Shown here piece after piece: positions 47,108 to 55,207 of a DNA stretch of 64,000 nt. Position numbers and translations under genes: made by a program. The notes beneath the pieces are model-generated. The model ran no database searches, was not told where the DNA came from, and saw only the letters and a list, made by a program, of their open reading frames with translations. Where the stretch lies: sequence record KJ019152.1. The stretch is one strand, 5' to 3'. Positions within the stretch are counted from its first letter, which is position 1; the number at the start of each line of letters is the position of its first letter.

Positions 47108-47656
47108 ATGAACTTCAAGAAACTCCTTCTTTCCACTCTCGCACTTGGTTCAGTTGTAGCCCCTTCAGCAAACGCTGGTTATACCTATGAGGGTTATCAC
47201 TTGATGGATGGTTCTGACTTTCCTGGTTATGAGAGGGTGGCAACCCCAATGATTCAGGCTCTCAATGAAATGGGTGTTCCTGTTGTTGATGGTGGTAAGA
47301 ATAACGTAGAAATGTGTATTCCTGAAGAGGAAAAGATGACTCTTGGTTTCTACGTTCCAGCATCCAATGTGATGGTTATCTGTACCAAGTCTATCCCAGG
47401 TTGGCTCCAGATGGAGACACTTACCCACGAAACAGTTCATGTCATCCAAGACGCACGGGCTGGTATTGATAACGGAGATTTGGGAGAGGCACCAACTGAT
47501 CACCTTATCACCCTCGCTAATGAGATGGATCCCGATAAGATGAATATCATCTACAGCCTCTACGATGAGTCTGATTACGCAGTAGAGATTGAAGCTTTCT
47601 ACTTTGAAACAGAACCCCAGGTGGTTATGAATGAGATCCAACGTTGGGCATTCTGA
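47108..47656 (+). CDS. Exported zinc metallopeptidase-like protein (HExxH)
   Basis: Signal peptide ending ANA; TLTHETVHVIQD; later EIEAF. Confidence 0.7.
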   Translation: MNFKKLLLSTLALGSVVAPSANAGYTYEGYHLMDGSDFPGYERVATPMIQALNEMGVPVVDGGKNNVEMCIPEEEKMTLGFYVPASNVMVICTKSIPGWLQMETLTHETVHVIQDARAGIDNGDLGEAPTDHLITLANEMDPDKMNIIYSLYDESDYAVEIEAFYFETEPQVVMNEIQRWAF

Positions 47657-47698
47657 TACACTAAGTAACACTCACCAAACACACTAACTAACAACATC

Positions 47699-48085
47699 AT
47701 GGGCACACGTTCACGCATCGGTTATCAACTTCCAACTGGCAATATCGTTTCTGTGTATCATCATTGGGATTCCTATCCTACGTGGTTGGGTAAGAGACTC
47801 ACCAAAAACTATATCACTGATAAAACTATCACCGAACTGATTGATGGTGGTGATATGTCATCTATCGAGAGTAATCGCGACTGGGATCTTAATGAAGTTG
47901 CCCCACATGTTCAGTATTATTCACAACGTGGTGACACTGGATGTGAACCCCTCCTTCACAAAAACCAAAGAGAGTTTATCAAAACCACTGTAGACTGTTG
48001 GGGTGAGTATTCCTACCTATACAGGAATGGACGTTGGTTCTGTTATGATGAGAAGGGTAAGTCTGTTTCACTGAAGAACTTATGA
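47699..48085 (+). CDS. Hypothetical phage protein
   Basis: MGTRSRIG..YHHWDSYP.WLGK..GGDMSSI. Confidence 0.7.
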   Translation: MGTRSRIGYQLPTGNIVSVYHHWDSYPTWLGKRLTKNYITDKTITELIDGGDMSSIESNRDWDLNEVAPHVQYYSQRGDTGCEPLLHKNQREFIKTTVDCWGEYSYLYRNGRWFCYDEKGKSVSLKNL

Positions 48086-48417
48086 TTAGCAAACTGTTTT
48101 CACTATCTCTTGTTCTTGCGGGTTCTATCTTACCCGCACAGGCATACCCCAATATCATATATTGGGAACGCATTGATTGTAACCTCATCACCGAAACTAT
48201 CCAGAAGTGTGATAGGTACAATGGGCAGAATGGAGTTTTCATCGAATCATACTACCTGGACATATACACAAACGAACATAGCTTTATAGATCCACGAGGA
48301 CCTGAAATAGTTGTACCTGATGTAATAGAAGAAGAGACACTAGATGATATCCAACCTGATGTAGAATACAACGAACCGATAACAACAACAGACCCACTCC
48401 TGAATGATAGTTACTGA
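48082..48417 (+). CDS. Exported hypothetical protein
   Basis: Signal peptide ending AQA; Cys pair. Confidence 0.6.
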   Translation: MISKLFSLSLVLAGSILPAQAYPNIIYWERIDCNLITETIQKCDRYNGQNGVFIESYYLDIYTNEHSFIDPRGPEIVVPDVIEEETLDDIQPDVEYNEPITTTDPLLNDSY

Positions 48418-48574
48418 TTTTTCCATATTCCTGTCGGCAACCACCTCCTACCATACCCCCTGCCAAACCGATATGGATTTTTCACCTTTTCCGTCTAGTG
48501 ACTCACTGGGTTCTCAGTGGGACCAAAATGAGAATCCACCCCCATACCCCCAGACAGAGCAAAACTCATAACCA
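48414..48574. repeat. Non-coding element copy B (~160 bp)
   Basis: CTGATTTT, CCGATATGG, GTCTAGTGACTCACTGGGTTCTCAG and AACCAT at the same spacing as copy A. Confidence 0.75.
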
Positions 48575-48633
48575 TGTGACAGTTGGATTAGTGGCACACG
48601 AAAGCCCGCAAACCCCTCAGGGGGTGCTATACT
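48575..48633 (+). promoter_or_regulatory. Cassette 23 (CCCGCA subtype)
   Basis: TGTGACAGTT-GGAT-TAGTGGCACA-6-CCCGCA-17-TATACT. Confidence 0.88.
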
Positions 48634-48655
48634 AAACCCATACACAACAAAACCA

Positions 48656-49012
48656 ATGATCTACTCTATCACTCACCAGGAGACTGGCATTACGTATTCA
48701 GTTAGCACTGAAGATATTCGTAAAGTTGCTAACATCCTCCCAATGAACTCCGAGGAGTTGGCTGACATGATGACAGGTCTGAATTGTGACTCATATGCAG
48801 ATATGGCAGAAGAGTATATTGAAGAAGTTGCGGATATGTATGATGATGTGGCACTGGCAACTGATAAGTTTATGAGTAGCACTGATGAAAGGGCACAAAC
48901 AACGTTCGCCTACTATCGTATCATGAACTGTGATAACTCTGATGAAGTATGTGAGCAGTATTGGCGTGATGACGCTATGGCTATGATCACTGACTACAAT
49001 GATCGCAAATGA
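48656..49012 (+). CDS. Acidic hypothetical early protein
   Basis: Follows cassette 23. Confidence 0.7.
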   Translation: MIYSITHQETGITYSVSTEDIRKVANILPMNSEELADMMTGLNCDSYADMAEEYIEEVADMYDDVALATDKFMSSTDERAQTTFAYYRIMNCDNSDEVCEQYWRDDAMAMITDYNDRK

Positions 49013-49320
49013 AACGCTACGGACTTTATTGGCTGAGAGCTATAACCCTAGGGGCTGGTCTAAACTTTGTTTTGACTGGTTATCTCATGGGTCACCAAAA
49101 GTGGAAGTTTCAACATGCAGCTCCACTCTCAGCGTTTATCTGTGTGAATCTATCGTATGTGGCGGATCGTCTTATCTTTGGTGATAAGAAGGAACCTGAA
49201 GATTTAGATCCAGATACTATTGTTATATCAACCCCACATTGTTGCCCCGTATGTTCAGAGTATCCTTGCACTTGTGACAGTTGGGAAAGTGGCACAACCC
49301 CCCTAGGCAACACCCTCTGA
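49009..49320 (+). CDS. Membrane protein with Cys cluster, reading through cassette 24
   Basis: Two hydrophobic segments; CCPVCSEYPCTC. Confidence 0.55.
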   Translation: MKRYGLYWLRAITLGAGLNFVLTGYLMGHQKWKFQHAAPLSAFICVNLSYVADRLIFGDKKEPEDLDPDTIVISTPHCCPVCSEYPCTCDSWESGTTPLGNTL

Positions 49321-49332
49321 ACCTGCTATACT
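49273..49332 (+). promoter_or_regulatory. Cassette 24
   Basis: TGTGACAGTT-GGGA-AAGTGGCACA; TAGGCA-17-TATACT. Confidence 0.92.
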
Positions 49333-49356
49333 AAACACATACCAAAGGAACCAACC

Positions 49357-49554
49357 ATGAAAGTCTCTCAGGAAGTTTTCAAGAGTTACATTCAGATACT
49401 GGATGAAAACACACAAACATCATGGGATATCCTAAATGTTTTGAATGATATTGTTAGAGGTGACTGGGATAACTCAGTCCAGTATTGTTTGGAAAATCCA
49501 TCAGGCGACCCTATGGATGATTTCAACTACGCAGGCAGTCGCCACCACTATTGA
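49357..49554 (+). CDS. Hypothetical early protein
   Basis: AAGGA RBS; ends DDFNYAGSRHHY. Confidence 0.7.
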   Translation: MKVSQEVFKSYIQILDENTQTSWDILNVLNDIVRGDWDNSVQYCLENPSGDPMDDFNYAGSRHHY

Positions 49555-49583
49555 TCACTAACTCACCACACTAACTAACAACT

Positions 49584-49865
49584 ATGACACGCACTCCAAT
49601 CACAGTTACCCTCAAGCGTAGCGAATGGGAATGTTATACAGACACTCCTGATACTATCATCGAAACTATCAACTCATACTTCTCTTATGTGTTATCAACT
49701 AAAGATAACGCGTTTGATGCACAGTCTGAGATATTCAAGTTTCTGAATATGTTTAGTGAGTTTGGGTTTATGGATAGTGAGTGCCTAGAATGTGCAACTA
49801 GAGTCATCAACAGATATTTCGATTCATACCTCTCCCGATGGAGCCAGATAGGTGTGACAGTCTAG
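49584..49865 (+). CDS. Hypothetical protein
   Basis: FSEFGFMDSE; stop in cassette 25 dyad. Confidence 0.65.
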   Translation: MTRTPITVTLKRSEWECYTDTPDTIIETINSYFSYVLSTKDNAFDAQSEIFKFLNMFSEFGFMDSECLECATRVINRYFDSYLSRWSQIGVTV

Positions 49866-49912
49866 GAACTGGCACAAGGGGGGTTGGCAAGACCCTCCAC
49901 ACCTGCTATACT
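49853..49912 (+). promoter_or_regulatory. Cassette 25
   Basis: TGTGACAGTC-TAGG-AACTGGCACA; TTGGCA-17-TATACT. Confidence 0.92.
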
Positions 49913-49937
49913 ATATTCATACCAAAGGGAACCACCC

Positions 49938-50528
49938 ATGACCATTTTTCTAGAAGACTACCTCCTCACCTCTTTCGCCAATAACCGTTCATCAAAGAGA
50001 ACTGATGATCTGAATGTGGCTCTTCTAAATGAGTTTCTAAATGAGTATCCTGAATACGCTGAACTAGAATGGAAGTTTGAAATACCTCTACCCGATGCCT
50101 ACGGTGCTACCTTCAAAGTAGATGCTGTGGGGTTTGAAGGTGATACACCTAAAATCGTTCTTCTCAATAAAAACGCTAACTCTAACTTCGCTCAGAATAT
50201 GAAAAACTACGCTAATACCAGCGTAGGTGAAGCCGCCCGAGTTCTGTTAGGCCCCATTGGTGAAGATGTAGAGAAAGTGTTCTTTATTACTGTTCATCCT
50301 AACTACTCACCTTTTTTCAAAAGTGATGGTTCTGTGAGTAGAATTGAAAATGTATGGAAGGCTAAAAAGAGAACCAATGTTGAATCTGTTCTGAAAAAGT
50401 TGTATGGTAGTAAAGTATCTACAATTACCTATTCATTTGATATCAACGAAATCAATGAGTTCTCTACTAAAACTCAGTTTCAGGATGGTATTACTATCTC
50501 TAACCTAAACTTTCATCAATGTGTATGA
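49938..50528 (+). CDS. Putative restriction endonuclease-like (PD-(D/E)xK-fold) protein
   Basis: FEIPL..FKVDAV..LLNKNANSNFAQN; directly upstream of a DNA MTase. Confidence 0.35.
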   Translation: MTIFLEDYLLTSFANNRSSKRTDDLNVALLNEFLNEYPEYAELEWKFEIPLPDAYGATFKVDAVGFEGDTPKIVLLNKNANSNFAQNMKNYANTSVGEAARVLLGPIGEDVEKVFFITVHPNYSPFFKSDGSVSRIENVWKAKKRTNVESVLKKLYGSKVSTITYSFDINEINEFSTKTQFQDGITISNLNFHQCV

Positions 50529-50540
50529 TATAATAAAGAT

Positions 50541-51311
50541 ATGAAGAATCAACTAATCAACGGCGAATGTTTAGAAGTCATGTCCACACTTCCTGATGGT
50601 TGTGTGGACATGGTGTTCTGCGATCTTCCTTATGGGACAACCCAAAATCATTGGGATGTTGTTATACCCTTTGATGATTTGTGGAAGCAATACAATAGAG
50701 TCGTAAAGGAAAATGGTGCTATTGTTCTCACAGCACAGTCGCCCTTCGACAAGGTGCTTGCCTGCTCTAATCTGAAAGAATTTCGTTATGAATGGATATG
50801 GGAAAAGAATAAGGCGACAGGACACTTAAACGCTAAAAAGATGCCAATGAAGGCACATGAGAATGTGTTAGTTTTCTATCGCAAACTACCCACATACAAT
50901 CCACAGAAAACAACAGGACATAAGCCTTTTGGTGCTGTTAAACCGAGAGATAATATCCCTGAGCCAGAGAAGAAGAGAAACTACAATCACCTCAGCAAAA
51001 CATATGGAAACGATGGCAATACCACTGATAGGTATCCTCGTTCTGTTCAGAAGTTTCCTGTTATTAACAATGATGACCCTCGTAAGTTTCATCCAACCCA
51101 GAAGCCAATTGGAATGATAGAATACTTTATAAAGACATATTCCAATGAGGGTGATATTGTGTTAGATAATTGTATGGGTTCAGGTTCTACCTGTATCGCT
51201 GCCAATAACCTAAACAGAGGATACATTGGAATTGAAAAAGATAAAGACATTTATCAGATGGCATCTGATTGGTTCAAAACAGAAACAACGCTAACACAGT
51301 TCATGTCATAA
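50541..51311 (+). CDS. DNA N6-adenine/N4-cytosine methyltransferase (beta class)
   Basis: DMVFCDLPYGTT (motif IV), HPTQKP, VLDNCMGSGST (motif I). Confidence 0.93.
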   Translation: MKNQLINGECLEVMSTLPDGCVDMVFCDLPYGTTQNHWDVVIPFDDLWKQYNRVVKENGAIVLTAQSPFDKVLACSNLKEFRYEWIWEKNKATGHLNAKKMPMKAHENVLVFYRKLPTYNPQKTTGHKPFGAVKPRDNIPEPEKKRNYNHLSKTYGNDGNTTDRYPRSVQKFPVINNDDPRKFHPTQKPIGMIEYFIKTYSNEGDIVLDNCMGSGSTCIAANNLNRGYIGIEKDKDIYQMASDWFKTETTLTQFMS

Positions 51312-51326
51312 TAGGAAGGATACCCA

Positions 51327-51386
51327 TGTGACAGTTGGAGAAGTGGCACAAGCCCCCTAGGCAAACCCCTCAGGGGGTGCTATACT
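51327..51386 (+). promoter_or_regulatory. Cassette 26
   Basis: TGTGACAGTT-GGAG-AAGTGGCACA; TAGGCA-17-TATACT. Confidence 0.92.
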
Positions 51387-51408
51387 ATATTCATACCAAA
51401 GGAACCAA

Positions 51409-51726
51409 ATGAATTTCAGAACACTAGCACTCACCACCACCCTGGCTCTCTCCACTGTCCTAGGTGGTTTGGCTCCTGAAGCTAAGTCAGCTGACTTTTG
51501 TGACAACATCCCCGGCAACTCGGGATACGTTTGTGTTACCATGGGTCTCTGGTTCGACTTGGTTGAGGCAGACATACCCGCCTTTGGTGGTAAAGAGTCA
51601 TTACACATCACCTGTGACGGTGGCTGGTCCTACCGTTCGAATGGCAACTGGAACAAAGACGCCGCTTCCCTTGTGGCTAAGGAATACTGTGAAGGTGCTG
51701 GCTGGAACAGCCACTCCGAGGTGTGA
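51409..51726 (+). CDS. Exported 4-Cys protein
   Basis: Signal peptide ending AKSA; similar to 46250; stop in cassette 27 dyad. Confidence 0.75.
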   Translation: MNFRTLALTTTLALSTVLGGLAPEAKSADFCDNIPGNSGYVCVTMGLWFDLVEADIPAFGGKESLHITCDGGWSYRSNGNWNKDAASLVAKEYCEGAGWNSHSEV

Positions 51727-51781
51727 CAGTTGAGGAAGTGGCACAAGCCCCCTAGGCAAACCCCTCCATACCTGCTATACT
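51722..51781 (+). promoter_or_regulatory. Cassette 27
   Basis: TGTGACAGTT-GAGG-AAGTGGCACA; TAGGCA-17-TATACT. Confidence 0.92.
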
Positions 51782-51803
51782 ATATTCATACCAAAGGAAA
51801 CCA

Positions 51804-52070
51804 ATGTTCCCACACCTCCACATCTCTGAATCAAACCTCGGACCTCACACCTCCATGTTTTTCAAAGTATCATCACAACCACAAGATGAGTGGCAGAATG
51901 GCATTTTCCATAACTCACCTTATGGCATCTTTCACCTTCATTCTGAGAAAGGTGTTTATAAGTTGGAACTATCTTCCTCAGGTTTGAATACTCCTAAGTT
52001 TCGCAAGTGTAAGTGTGAAGATGAACTTACCGCACTCACTAAGATTCGTCAGTGGATGGATAAGTTCTGA
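51804..52070 (+). CDS. Hypothetical cyanophage protein
   Basis: EWQNGIFHNSPYGIF..KLELSSSG..PKFRKCK. Confidence 0.75.
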   Translation: MFPHLHISESNLGPHTSMFFKVSSQPQDEWQNGIFHNSPYGIFHLHSEKGVYKLELSSSGLNTPKFRKCKCEDELTALTKIRQWMDKF

Positions 52071-52105
52071 TATTATCTAACACAAACCACTCACAACAAA
52101 CTATC

Positions 52106-52279
52106 ATGAACCGACTAGAACTACTGACCCAACGTGAACAACTGATGGAGAGGATTGACTCTATCTGTGATGAATTCTTTTATAAGAACTATAATGGAGA
52201 TACGTCAGAAGCAGATGAATTAGTTCGTATTCTATGTGATGCTGTTTGTGAAACCATAGACCCAGCGGGCATGGTGTGA
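52106..52279 (+). CDS. Hypothetical protein (57 aa, not in ORF track)
   Basis: MNRLELLTQREQLMERID..LCDAVCE; stop in cassette 28 dyad. Confidence 0.6.
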   Translation: MNRLELLTQREQLMERIDSICDEFFYKNYNGDTSEADELVRILCDAVCETIDPAGMV

Positions 52280-52333
52280 CAGTTGGACTAGTGGCACACG
52301 TTTCTCCGCAAACCCCTCCTCACCTGCTATACT
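52275..52333 (+). promoter_or_regulatory. Cassette 28 (TCCGCA subtype)
   Basis: TGTGACAGTT-GGAC-TAGTGGCACA-6-TCCGCA-17-TATACT. Confidence 0.88.
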
Positions 52334-52358
52334 ATATTCATACCAAAGGAAACCGACC

Positions 52359-52622
52359 ATGTTCCAAGTCTGTACCGAAGACGCTCTAGATCACCGCTAC
52401 ACAATTGATGAGTTTGAGACACTGGAAGAAGCCCAATCTTGTTATAACGAGTGTGTGAAGGTTGGAGCTGAGGGTTATGAGATTTCGGTTGAGTTAGAGG
52501 AAATCATTGGCGATCATGATGATTACGTTTCCATCGAGTTCACCGAGTGGTTTACACAAGAGAGTTGGGAGGAAGCACATCCATGGAATGATAAGGAAGG
52601 AGTTTGGGAGAACGTTGACTGA
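52359..52622 (+). CDS. Acidic hypothetical early protein
   Basis: AAGGA RBS. Confidence 0.7.
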   Translation: MFQVCTEDALDHRYTIDEFETLEEAQSCYNECVKVGAEGYEISVELEEIIGDHDDYVSIEFTEWFTQESWEEAHPWNDKEGVWENVD

Positions 52623-52623
52623 C

Positions 52624-52683
52624 TGTGACAGTTGGAGAAGTGGCACAAGCCCCCTAGGCAAACCCCTCCATACCTGCTATACT
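52624..52683 (+). promoter_or_regulatory. Cassette 29
   Basis: TGTGACAGTT-GGAG-AAGTGGCACA; TAGGCA-17-TATACT. Confidence 0.92.
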
Positions 52684-52710
52684 AAACACATACCAAACAA
52701 AGGAAACCAA

Positions 52711-53052
52711 ATGACCACCACCCAAACCAAAACCGAGTTCCTCACCGAGGCAATGATCGAACAGGTGAACAACCTCTGGAAGGTTTATAACGTGGAGTCA
52801 GGTCACACCATCACCCCACTTCTTAAGTATGAAGTGGCTAAGAAGTACATCAAGGTCTATCGTTTAGACGTTGTGAATGGTGAGATTCGTGACGGTCGTT
52901 CAGTGTTTATGTTTATCGATAAGGAGACTGGTGCAGTTCTGAAACCAGCCTCATGGAGAGCACCCGCTAAGGGTATCCGGTTCTACATTGAACAGTTGGC
53001 TGAGTCTCCTGAGCTCGTGGATCAGTATGGTAGTTTCCTCTACCGTCGCTGA
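52711..53052 (+). CDS. Hypothetical phage protein
   Basis: KKYIKVY..RSVFMFIDKETGAVLKPASWRAPAKGIRF; start refined. Confidence 0.75.
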   Translation: MTTTQTKTEFLTEAMIEQVNNLWKVYNVESGHTITPLLKYEVAKKYIKVYRLDVVNGEIRDGRSVFMFIDKETGAVLKPASWRAPAKGIRFYIEQLAESPELVDQYGSFLYRR

Positions 53053-53112
53053 TGTGACAGCCACCAAAGTGGCACAGGGGGGCTAGGCAGCTCCCCCTCT
53101 TTATGCTATACT
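53053..53112 (+). promoter_or_regulatory. Cassette 30
   Basis: TGTGACAGCC-ACCA-AAGTGGCACA; TAGGCA-17-TATACT. Confidence 0.88.
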
Positions 53113-53134
53113 ATATTCATACCAAAGGAACCCG

Positions 53135-54388
53135 ATGAGCTTCACCCTTCGCCCTCACCAAACAGAAGCACTTCAGGCGATGGCTGAGACCCGTCTTGGC
53201 ACGGTGTTAGTTCCAACTGGAGGAGGCAAAACACTGATAGCCATCATGGACGTTGTTCGTTCCCTAGAGACCGCAGGAACCCCTCAGACTATCGTTGTCG
53301 TCGCTCCCCGTATCCTTCTAGCCCAGCAACTCTGTAGTGAGTATATGGAGGTTCTGAGTGATAGGTTCGCCAACGTTATCCCCGCCCATATCCATTCAGG
53401 TCATACACCCCACTTCTCTACCACTAACATTCAGAAGATTCATCTCTTTGAGAAGATGATGGATACCGCCAACCTTCACCGTATATACTTCACCACATAC
53501 AACTCACTTCCACGTTTAGCAGAAGCAGGTGTAAGTGTCGATACTATTATGTTTGATGAGGCACATAACTCGACTCGTAATGACTTCTATCCCGCTACTA
53601 AGTATTTCTCACAAACCGCTAGTCGTTGTTACTACTTTACAGCAACTCCCCGCCACTCTGTAACATCCAAGAGACACGGAATGAACGAGTCTGATGTATA
53701 TGGTCAGGTCATCTACAATGTTCCTGCCCCTACACTTGTACAAGGTGGTTTCATCATCCCCCCACAGGTTCGTGTTAAAGAGATGGAGTTCGTAGCTAAA
53801 CATGAGCTCATCTCACAACGTGATACAAACCACCTCATCTCCTGTATTGATGACAACCACACGAGCAAAGTTCTAGTTTGTGCTAAGTCAGTCAAACAGA
53901 TCATGCGTATGTTTAGTGAGACCGATATCAGCCAACAACTTGATGATCGTGGTTTCTCCTATATGTACATCTCAGCTAAGACTGGTGGTGTTATCAATGG
54001 CAAGAAAGTATCACGTACTATGTTCTTCGATACTCTAAACGAGTGGGGTAAGGATAACAACAAGAAGTTCATTGTTCTTCATCATTCTATTCTCTCTGAG
54101 GGTATCAATGTAAGTGGTCTAGAGTCCGCTATCTTCTTACGTACTATGGATCATATCACTATCTCCCAAACGATTGGAAGAGTAATAAGATTACATAAGG
54201 ATGATGCCCAAGGTATGAGAGATGGTTCTATTCGCCCTGGTGATCTTAACTCCTACACCAAGTCGTTTGGTTTGTGTATTGTTCCAGTTTATTCTAAAAC
54301 ACAACAAACAGTTGCCAAGTCTCTTCAGGCAGTTGTTAATACCGTCTTTGTGGAAGGTGAAGCAGCAACCACAGTTGTGAGGCGTTAG
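53135..54388 (+). CDS. Superfamily 2 DEAH helicase (ResIII-like)
   Basis: LRPHQ Q-motif, PTGGGKT Walker A, DEAH, TATP, SEGINV, QTIGRVIR. Confidence 0.92.
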   Translation: MSFTLRPHQTEALQAMAETRLGTVLVPTGGGKTLIAIMDVVRSLETAGTPQTIVVVAPRILLAQQLCSEYMEVLSDRFANVIPAHIHSGHTPHFSTTNIQKIHLFEKMMDTANLHRIYFTTYNSLPRLAEAGVSVDTIMFDEAHNSTRNDFYPATKYFSQTASRCYYFTATPRHSVTSKRHGMNESDVYGQVIYNVPAPTLVQGGFIIPPQVRVKEMEFVAKHELISQRDTNHLISCIDDNHTSKVLVCAKSVKQIMRMFSETDISQQLDDRGFSYMYISAKTGGVINGKKVSRTMFFDTLNEWGKDNNKKFIVLHHSILSEGINVSGLESAIFLRTMDHITISQTIGRVIRLHKDDAQGMRDGSIRPGDLNSYTKSFGLCIVPVYSKTQQTVAKSLQAVVNTVFVEGEAATTVVRR

Positions 54389-54496
54389 TATGAATTATCA
54401 AAACCAAGCTCTTGTGATACTTCTAGGTCTAATGTTCATAGCTGGTATTAACGTACTTCACTATGAACAACAATGGCAATGTAGGATGCATCAAAC

Positions 54497-55207
54497 CTAT
54501 TGTTTTGTTTCTGAATAATACCATAGGTAACCCTTCCAACGCGAACCCCATTTGATAGAAGTACAAATACCCTTCCCACGATCCTCCTCATTAAAGGATC
54601 TCATCGCATCACTAATAGAATCAAAGACGGGAGTAACATGACCAGTCTTATGAACTCCATAGACTTGTTTCTTATTCTTAGCGTGTTTATGAATCCACCA
54701 TTTGTAACCATATGCCGAACCCTCTCTTGTGATACTTCTCCTGATATTTGATGGCCTACCATTCACATACTCAGCGGCAGCAACCCAACCATGAAAGGTT
54801 TTGATCTTACCCGTTTCCAAGCACCTACACTTGATGACGTTCTTATCATGTTTCTTAGGTTTCTTCTTTCGTTGATAACCCCATCTCCTATCCCCTTTAT
54901 GATATGACTCTTTATTATTCAGCTTCCTAGTCTTATGTTCTAACACCAAATTGTTATACTCAGGGTTATACTTATTCATCCAATATTCCACTCGTTCAGT
55001 AAGCTTATTCTCATTCACTTCTTCTAGTATACGTATAGTAAAGTCATCGGAGTTATAGTAAGATAAGGCATTACTCAGTGGAGTATTTTCCTCCTTATGA
55101 TTTTCCAATATCCCAGCCCAAACTTTATTCAGGGGAAGCGTATCATAACCGATGTATTTGTGAGAGGTTTGTCTATTCAAGATGATGTAGATGTTTGTGA
55201 TGCTCAC
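54497..55207 (-). CDS. GIY-YIG family protein with C-terminal NUMOD1-like repeats (Seg-like, probably inactive)
   Basis: NIYIILN..HKYIG and YN motifs; two C-terminal HTH-like repeats ending GYKW/GYLW; only - strand gene in the region. Confidence 0.7.
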   Translation of the reverse strand: MSITNIYIILNRQTSHKYIGYDTLPLNKVWAGILENHKEENTPLSNALSYYNSDDFTIRILEEVNENKLTERVEYWMNKYNPEYNNLVLEHKTRKLNNKESYHKGDRRWGYQRKKKPKKHDKNVIKCRCLETGKIKTFHGWVAAAEYVNGRPSNIRRSITREGSAYGYKWWIHKHAKNKKQVYGVHKTGHVTPVFDSISDAMRSFNEEDRGKGICTSIKWGSRWKGYLWYYSETKQ

